This document shows, in pieces, positions 57,336 to 64,000 of a stretch of 64,000 nucleotides of DNA; within the stretch, counting starts at the first letter, position 1; each line of letters opens with the position of its first letter. The stretch comes from Eledone cirrhosa (Eukaryota), in contig CAXHJY010000078.1 of the NCBI GenBank assembly GCA_964016885.1, forward strand, positions 62,001 through 126,000. The letters are read 5' to 3'. Position numbers and translations under genes: made by a program. The notes beneath the pieces are model-generated. The model worked only from the letters and a program-made list of their open reading frames with translations, had not been told where the DNA came from and ran no database searches.

Positions 57336-60300
57336 CCAACACACACCAACACCAACACACACCAACACCAACACACACCAACACCAACACACACCAACAC
57401 CAACACACACCAACACCAACACACACCAACACCAACACACACCAACACCAACAAACACCAACACACACCAACACCAACACACACCAACACCAACACACAC
57501 CAACACCAACACACACCAACACCAACACACACCAACACACACCAACACCAACACCAACACCAACAAACACCAACACCAACAGACACCAACACCAACAAAC
57601 ACCAACACCAACAAACTCCAACACACACCAACACCAACACACACCAACACCTACACCAACAAACACCAACATCAACAAACACCGACACCAACACACACCA
57701 ACACCAACAAACACCAACACCAACACCAACAAACACCAACACACACCTACACCAACACACGCCAACACCAACACACGCCAACACCAACATACACCAACAC
57801 ACTCCAACACCAACACACACCAACACCAACACACACCAACAAACACCAACACCAACAAACACCAACACACACCAACACCAACACACGCCAACACCAACAC
57901 ACGCCAACACCAACACACGCCAACACCAACACACGCCAACACCAACACACACCAACACCAACAAACACCAACACCAACACACACCAACACACGCCAACAA
58001 CAACACAAACCAACACCAACAACTACACACGCCAACACCAACAAACACCAACACCAACAAACACCAACAAACACCAACACCAACATACACTAACACCAAC
58101 AAACACCAACACCAACACACACACCAACCCCAACAAACACCAAAACCAACAAACACCAAAACCAACAAACACCAACACCAACACACACCAACACCAACAC
58201 ACACCAACACACACCAACACCAACACACACCAACACCAACACACACCAACACCAACAAACACCAAGACCAACAAACGCCAACACACCAACACCAACACAC
58301 ACCAACACACACCAACAAACACCAACACCAACACACACCAACACCTACAAACACCAACACCAACAAACACCAACACCAACAAACACCAACACCAACAAAC
58401 ACCAACAAACACCAACACACACCAACACACACCAACACCAACACAGACCAACACCAACACACACCAGCACCAACACACACCAACACCAACAAACACCAAC
58501 ACACACCAACAGCAACAAACACCAACACACACCAACAGCAATAAACACCAACAAACACCAACACCAACAAACACCAACACCAACAAACACCAACACACAC
58601 CAACACACGCCAACACCAACACACGCCAACACCAACACACGCCAACACCAACACACACCAACACCAACAAACACCAACACCAACAAACACCAACACCAAC
58701 ACACACCAACACCAACACACACCAACACCAACACACACCAACGCCAACACACACCAACACCAACACACACCAACACCAACAAACACCAACACACACCAAC
58801 ACACACCAACACCAACACCAACACCAACAAACACCAACACGCACCAACACCAACAAACACCAACAGCAACAAACACCAACACCAACAAACACCAACACCA
58901 ACAAACACCAACACACACCAACACCAAGACACACCAACACCAACACACACCAACACCAACACACACCAACAAACACCAACACACACCAACACCAACACAC
59001 ACCAACACACCAACAAACACCAACACACACCAACAAACACCAACACACACCAACACACACCAACACACACCAACACACACTAACACCAACACTGACCAAC
59101 ACCAACACACACCAACACCAACAAACACCAACACACACCAACACCAACACACACCAACACCAACACACACCAACACCAACAAACACCAACACCAACAAAC
59201 ACCAACACCAACAAACACCAACACACACCAACAAACACCAACACCAACAAACACCAACACACACCAACACCAACACACGCCAACACCAACACACGCCAAC
59301 AAACACCAACACCAACAAACACCAACACACACTAACAAACACCAACACACACCAACACCAACAAACACCAACACCAACAAACACCAACACCAACACACAC
59401 CAACACCAACACACTCCAACACCAACATACACTAACACCAACAAACACTAACACCAACACACACCAACACCAACACACGCCAACACCAACACACGCCAAC
59501 AAACACCAACACCAACAAACACCGACACCAACAAACACCGACACGAACAAACACCAACACACACCAACACCAACACACACCAACACCAACACACACCAAC
59601 ACACACCAACACCAACAAACACCAACACCAACACACACCAACACCAACAAACACCAACACCAACACACACCAACACACACCAACACCAACACACACCAAC
59701 ACACACCAACACCAACACACACCAACACCAACAAACACCAACACCAACACACACCAACACCAACAAACACCAACACCAACACACACCAACACCAACAAAC
59801 ACCAACACACACCAACACCAACAAACACCAACACACACCAACACACGCCAACACCAACACACACCAACACCAACAAACACCAACACCAACACACACCCAC
59901 ACCAACAAACACCAACACCAACAAACACCAACAAACACCAACACCAACAAACACCAACACCAACACCAACAAACACCAACACCAACAAACACCAACACAC
60001 ACCAACACCAACAAACACCAACACCAACACACACCCACACCAACAAACACCAACACCAACACCAACAAACACCAACACCAACACACACCCACACCAACAC
60101 ACACCAACACCAACAAACACCAACAAACACCAACACCAACACACACCCACACCAACAAACACCAACACCAACAAACACCCACACCAACAAACACCAACAC
60201 CAACAAACACCAACACCAACACACACCCACACCAACACACACCAACACCAACAAACACCAACACCAACAAACACCAACACCAACACACACCAACACCAAC

Positions 60301-60511
60301 AAACACCAAAACCACCAACCTAATTGAAATAGTTATATAGTTGACAATCAGTATATCATCATCGTCATCAGTACGATCTGAGTTTCTGTTGGTAAATTGT
60401 GCGTGACTCTTTAAAATAGACGACGGCTGAAGAACGGAGAATTGTGGTCAACAGATGTGACGATGGTGGGAACACCAGCTTGTTGCTTGGCTCACTATTG
60501 TCTGTGTGTGT

Positions 60512-60514
<3 letters not shown>

Positions 60515-60564
<50 letters not shown>
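60515..60564. repeat. (TA)25 microsatellite
   Basis: Pure TA run. Confidence 0.97.
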
Positions 60565-60565
<1 letters not shown>

Positions 60566-60757
60566 CGAAGGAAGTGTGGTAAGGAACCAGGTGGACCATA
60601 ACGCACCCGAGTACACGATACTTTGGGTGGTAGAGTGGGTAATAGGAAAAGAGTCAGGACCCCGACGGCAGAACTCAAGCCGTTTTGACAGCTATTTCTG
60701 AACTGAAATAGCTGTCGAAACGGGTTGAGCTCTGCCGTCAGGGTTCTGACTATTGTC
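60565..60757 (-). mobile_element. Short fold-back interspersed element, family F1, copy A
   Basis: 60565-60648 is the reverse complement of 60847-60930 (75/84 by manual alignment) and is also homologous to 62612-62710. Contains a hairpin 60652-60698/60705-60751 (42/47, loop TGAACT). Flanked by (TA)n. Strand is assigned by inference. Confidence 0.75.
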
Positions 60758-60776
60758 ATATATATATATATAGCAG

Positions 60777-60929
60777 CGAGTAGGACCCCGACGGCTGAGC
60801 TCAAGCCGTTTCGACGGCTTGAGTTCAGCCGTCGGGGTCCTACTCGTTCCTATTACCCACTCTACTACGCTAAGTATTGAGTACTTTGGTGCGTTATGGT
60901 CCACCTGGTTCATTACCACATTTCCTTCG

Positions 60930-60930
<1 letters not shown>
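60777..60930 (+). mobile_element. Short fold-back interspersed element, family F1, copy B
   Basis: GC-rich hairpin 60777-60809/60814-60846 (32/33, loop TTCG), followed by the shared F1 tail ending CCTTCGT and then (TA)n. Confidence 0.75.

Positions 60931-60960
<30 letters not shown>
60931..60960. repeat. (TA)15 microsatellite
   Basis: Pure TA run. Confidence 0.96.
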
Positions 60961-60966
<6 letters not shown>

Positions 60967-61023
60967 TAAAAAAATAATGAATAAAACAATGAAACAGTTC
61001 CTTATATTAAACAAAAAAAGTTC

Positions 61024-61172
61024 ATTATTTAACGATCGTTTCTAGGATATATATGTGTTAGAATTGGCATGCATATTCAACAGATCTATGTACAAAATTA
61101 TACAAAATTATACAAACTATCAAAATTAAATATACATACCAAACACATATATATGCCGTCTTCAGAAATATT
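61024..61172 (-). ncRNA. Type I hammerhead ribozyme fold, mirror copy
   Basis: On the - strand: TATTT-CTGAAGA (61165>61159), long stem II, GAAA (61042>61039), CGATCGT, T (61031), AAATA. Stem I is 5 bp followed by an A.A mismatch. Confidence 0.6.
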
Positions 61173-61179
61173 ATATTAG

Positions 61180-61328
61180 ATTATTTCTGAAGACGGCATA
61201 TATATGTGTTTGGTATGTATATTTAATTTTGATAGTTTTTTTATTTTTGTATAATTTTGTACATAGATCTGTTGAATATGCATGCCAATTCTAACACATA
61301 TATATCCTAGAAACGATCGTTAAATAAT
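61180..61328 (+). ncRNA. Type I hammerhead ribozyme fold with extended stem II
   Basis: Stem I ATTATTT (61180-86)/AAATAAT (61322-28); core CTGAAGA (61187-93); stem II 61198-61210/61293-61305 (13 bp) plus 61211-26/61272-87 (16 bp, 3 G.U); GAAA (61310-13); stem III AC-GATC-GT; cleavage triplet GTT (61319-21). Confidence 0.72.
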
Positions 61329-61531
61329 GAACTTTTTTTGTTTAATATAAGGAACTGTTTCATTGTTTTATTCATTATTTTTTTAATATTTTATCTTGAC
61401 TCTGTATTCCGTTTATCTTTCACCGAAAGTGATTTTTCATTGCATCTCTTCTTTCCATGATATCCGGATTATATTGAGTTCTTCATACGGATTGGACACT
61501 ACCGTAAACTCTTGGTAGATTTATCTACATA

Positions 61532-61556
61532 ATATATATATATATATATATATATA
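61532..61556. repeat. (TA)n microsatellite
   Basis: Pure AT alternation. Confidence 0.95.
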
Positions 61557-61714
61557 GGGTGCGGACGATATTTGTTCGCAATTTTTCAACTGCTAATTTT
61601 ATGGAGTTTTTTTTTTACCTGTCTTCATAAAAACTGACTATATTTCCATCATTTAAAACTACTGTGTTATTGTCACCTAGACAGTAATCTTGCGAACAAA
61701 TATCGTCCGCACCT

Positions 61715-61716
<2 letters not shown>
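61555..61716. mobile_element. 162-bp MITE, Tc1/mariner-like
   Basis: Perfect 24-bp TIR GGTGCGGACGATATTTGTTCGCAA (61558-81 / 61690-713). Termini TAGGGTG and CAAGGTG (reverse complement) are each one change from CAGGGTG. TA on both sides; no ORF. Confidence 0.8.

Positions 61717-61783
<67 letters not shown>
61717..61783. repeat. (TA)33 microsatellite
   Basis: Pure TA run. Confidence 0.97.
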
Positions 61784-61784
<1 letters not shown>

Positions 61785-61785
<1 letters not shown>

Positions 61786-61970
61786 GTAAATATCTTTAAG
61801 TCGTTTGGAAGCCTCGACAATACAAATGGGTACACCCACTTACATCTCTCTCTCCACCACCGGACCTTGTTACCCGGAGATTTACCCATTTGCATTGTCG
61901 AGGCTTCCAAACGACTTAAATATCTTTACCTATTATTCCACAATGCTTCAAGCAAACTTCAATACTCTCT
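61785..61970. mobile_element. (TA)n-flanked inverted-repeat element (48-bp arms, 50-nt spacer, 40-nt unpaired tail)
   Basis: 61785-61832 versus 61883-61930 match 45/48 as reverse complements. The left arm abuts (TA)n and the right arm is followed by 40 nt, then (TA)n. Confidence 0.6.
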
Positions 61971-61985
61971 TATATATATATATAT

Positions 61986-62137
61986 GAGTCGGGACCCGAC
62001 GGCTGAGCTCTTGCCGTCTCAACATGTGTGTGTTGTTGGCGGGCGAGATAAAAGTGTACTCAATACCGAAGTAGAGTTTAATTACTCCTTTATTATAGCT
62101 AAGTAGTGGAGTTTCACCTACACACGCAGGTTCATCA
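61986..62137 (-). mobile_element. F1-related element fragment carrying a hammerhead core
   Basis: 61986-62023 GAGTCGGGACCCGACGGCTGAGCTCTTGCCGTCTCAAC matches the F1 core (60651-60689). GTACTCAATAC..GTAGAGT (62056-62077) resembles the F1 tail. (TA)n on both sides. Confidence 0.6.
62083..62137 (-). ncRNA. 5'-truncated hammerhead ribozyme core (relic)
   Basis: The - strand reads TGATGA-ACCTGC-GTGT-GTAGGT-GAA-ACTCC-(19 nt)-GGAGT-A: stem II 6 bp, stem III 5 bp, triplet GTA. C3 and the 5' strand of stem I are replaced by (TA)n. Confidence 0.68.
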
Positions 62138-62180
62138 TATATATATATATAATATATATATATAATATATATATATATAT

Positions 62181-62304
62181 TGTTTCTCCTATTGGCACAA
62201 GGCCAGCAAATACCCAGTACATTACTGGTACTTTATTTTATCGACCCCGTAAGGATGAAAGGCAAAGTTAACCTCGGCGGGATTTGAACTCAGTCCGTAA
62301 AGGG
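62181..62304 (-). mobile_element. tRNA-derived SINE fragment (5'-truncated)
   Basis: The - strand has B-box GAGTTCAAATCCC followed by CTTTCATCCTTACGGGGTCGATAAAATAAAGTACCAG. It is homologous to 62914-62991 and resembles from memory the abundant octopus SINE / MetaSINE central domain. Confidence 0.8.
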
Positions 62305-62354
62305 ACAATGTTATATTTATATGTGTGTATGTGTCTGTGTGTGTATATGTGTAT

Positions 62355-62355
<1 letters not shown>

Positions 62356-62444
<89 letters not shown>
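62356..62444. repeat. (CA)44 microsatellite
   Basis: Pure CA run. Confidence 0.98.
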
Positions 62445-62447
<3 letters not shown>

Positions 62448-62527
62448 TGCTCTTCGTAACAGGTGAAGCATCAACGTAATTATACCACTATCGAGTGAGA
62501 AATTCCTTCCTCTCTCTCTGTCACATA

Positions 62528-62530
<3 letters not shown>

Positions 62531-62572
<42 letters not shown>

Positions 62573-62602
62573 CATATATAATATATATATATATATTATA
62601 TA
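62531..62602. repeat. (TA)n microsatellite, degenerate at its 3' end
   Basis: TA run with interruptions. Confidence 0.93.
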
Positions 62603-62611
62603 GGGAGAGAG

Positions 62612-62715
62612 TCAGCCGTCGGGGTCCTGATTCTTTTCCTATTACCCACTCTACTACCCTAAATATCGAGTACTCTGGTGCGATATGGTCTACCTTGTAC
62701 CTTACCACACATTGT
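62612..62715 (+). mobile_element. Family F1, copy D (5'-truncated, no fold-back)
   Basis: TCAGCCGTCGGGGTCCTGATTC...CTTACCACAC aligns to copy A's - strand at about 88/99 and is followed by (TA)n. Confidence 0.8.
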
Positions 62716-62854
62716 TATATATATACGAACACACAGACACCCAATTGAGATGAAAGAGTTAAGAGTGTCTCGGACTGAAAAGGCCCCTTACGTCCTGGGG
62801 GAAGGCTGACATGATATCCACCAGTTACAACACTGATCTACAATACAGCTGATA

Positions 62855-62991
62855 GCCTGATTGGTAGTATCGGTAAAGGGTCAGACACCATGGTTTGTGG
62901 CATGTAGTTATGGCCCTTTACGCTCGGAGTTCAAATCCCGCCGAGGTGAACTTTGTTTTCATCATTACGGGGTCGATAAATAAAGTACCAG
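62855..62991 (+). mobile_element. tRNA-derived SINE fragment (3'-truncated)
   Basis: A-box-like TGGTAGTATCGG (62862-73), B-box GAGTTCAAATCCC (62927-39), then TTTCATCATTACGGGGTCGATAAATAAAGTACCAG. It is an inverted homolog of 62225-62304. Confidence 0.78.
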
Positions 62992-63818
62992 GTCAGTGTG
63001 TGACAGACTCTACACCTAGGTCAGAGTGTGACACTCTACACCTAGGTCAGAGTGTGACAGACTACACCTAGGTGAGTGTGACAGACTCTACACCTAGGTC
63101 AGAGTGTGACAGACTCTACACCTAGGTCAGAGTGTGACAGACTCTACACCTAGGTTAGTGGGTGACACTCTACACCTAGGTCAGAGTGTGACAAACTCTA
63201 CACCTAGGTCAGTGTGTGACAGACTCTACACCTAGGTCAGTGTGACACTACACCTAGGTCAGTGTGTGACAGACTCTACACCTAGGTGAGAGTGTGACAG
63301 ACTCTACACCTAGGTGAGAGTGTGACAGACTCTACACCTAGGTGAGTGTGACAGACTCTACACCTAGGTGAGAGTGTGACAGACTCTACACCTAGGTCAG
63401 AGTGTGACAGACTCTACACCTAGGTTAGTGTGTGACAGACTCTACACCTAGGTCAGAGTGTGACAGACTCTACACCTAGGTTAGTGTGTGACAGACTCTA
63501 CACCTAGGTCAGAGTGTGACAGACTCTACACCTAGGTCAGTGTGTGACAGACTCTACACCTAGGTCAGTGTGTGACAGACTCTACACCTCGGTCAGAGTG
63601 TGACCGACTCTACACCTAGGTGAGTGTGACAGACTCTACACCTAGGTCAGTGTGTGATAGACTCTACACCTAGGTCAGTGTGTGACAGACTCTACACCTA
63701 GGTGAGTGTGACACTCTACACCTAGGTCAGAGTGTGACAGACTCTACACCTAGGTCAGAGTGTGACAGACTCTACACCTAGGTCAGCGTGTGACAGACTC
63801 TACACCTAGGTCAGAGTG
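62991..63818. repeat. 28-bp minisatellite, ~30 copies, consensus GGTCAG(A/T)GTGTGACAGACTCTACACCTA
   Basis: 30 CACCTAGG-type junctions counted. Variants are mostly 2-bp deletions and point changes. No unique spacers. Confidence 0.97.
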
Positions 63819-64000
63819 GTGTTTCGTCTGCGGACAATGGCCAACGACACCTACTGCAAAATAATATTTATGATAGGAAGTGGGATATGTGAATTAATAC
63901 AAAATATAGAGGCACAAATATTTCTATTTCACCCTGATCAGTCACAAACGTTGTTCTGCTCTGGGCCATAGGAGAGTGGTTAGCGGGTCCCGTGTTCAGC

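Larger units (their letters stand above)
1..60320. repeat. Large complex A/C-rich satellite, CCAA(CA)n modules, dominant 16-bp composite unit
   Basis: The + strand is almost only A and C. It is a concatenation of ACACCA (6), ACACACACCA/ACAAACACCA (10) and ACCA (4) with sparse G/T variants. It runs off the window start and ends abruptly at ...accaccaacc|taattg (60320). Confidence 0.98.
60958..61530 (+). mobile_element. Palindromic hammerhead-bearing element, probable Penelope-like pLTR with inverted partial copy (non-autonomous)
   Basis: Arms 60958-61170 and 61182-61394 are 213 bp with 3 mismatches and an 11-nt spacer. The right arm continues ~135 nt unpaired to a (TA)n run. Each arm carries a hammerhead fold. 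The Penelope assignment is inferred from architecture. Confidence 0.65.

Noticed and set aside
207-60318. Hundreds of long ORFs (up to 2069 aa) rich in T/P/H/N/Q (+) or V/C/W/G/L (-)
   Set aside because: The strands lack T (+) or A (-), so stop codons are rare. All frames are open with the same rotating peptides, and unit indels of 4, 10 and 16 bp ignore the reading frame.
1-60325. True telomerase-made telomere
   Set aside because: There are no TTAGGG or TTAGG arrays (only a single CCTAA at the junction), and kb-scale duplications of point variants indicate recombination or slippage rather than template synthesis.
60427-60433. CTGAAGA as another hammerhead core
   Set aside because: No stem II-GAAA or stem III follows it.
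60777-60846. Bacterial terminator / REP element or UUCG-tetraloop RNA gene
   Set aside because: There is no U-tract or bacterial gene context, the closing pair is T-A rather than C-G, and it is explained as the fold-back of an F1 repeat.
60368-62708. Short ORFs with YIYI / HTHT / CVCV tracts
   Set aside because: They are translations of microsatellites and palindromic repeats. The segment 60368-60502 reads open on the - strand but has no recognisable domain or supportable splice structure.
62855-62945. tRNA gene
   Set aside because: A/B-box-like motifs are present but there is no cloverleaf, and it continues into the SINE body shared with 62225-62304.
62991-63818. CRISPR-like array
   Set aside because: Repeats are head-to-tail with no unique spacers, there are no cas genes, and the context is eukaryotic.

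Overview
Eukaryotic, non-coding, repeat-dominated DNA. A SINE here resembles from memory an abundant octopus family, but the organism is not verified. Positions 1-60320 are one strand-asymmetric A/C satellite built from CCAA(CA)n modules with a dominant 16-bp unit CCAACA-CCAACACACA/CCAACAAACA. It carries nested higher-order duplications of about 0.43, 0.5, 2.5, 4.1-4.4 and 7 kb. All long ORFs in it are stop-codon artefacts. Positions 60321-64000 are a dense cluster of short elements separated by (TA)n runs, plus a Tc1/mariner-like MITE, two tRNA-type SINE fragments, (CA)44 and a 28-bp minisatellite. The main find is a 437-bp near-perfect palindrome (60958-61394) encoding two back-to-back type I hammerhead-ribozyme folds with an unusually long stem II. 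A second, 5'-truncated hammerhead core lies at 62083-62137 (- strand) and is linked to a 4-copy fold-back element family. Together these suggest non-autonomous, (TA)n-associated, Penelope/retrozyme-like elements. No protein-coding gene is supported.
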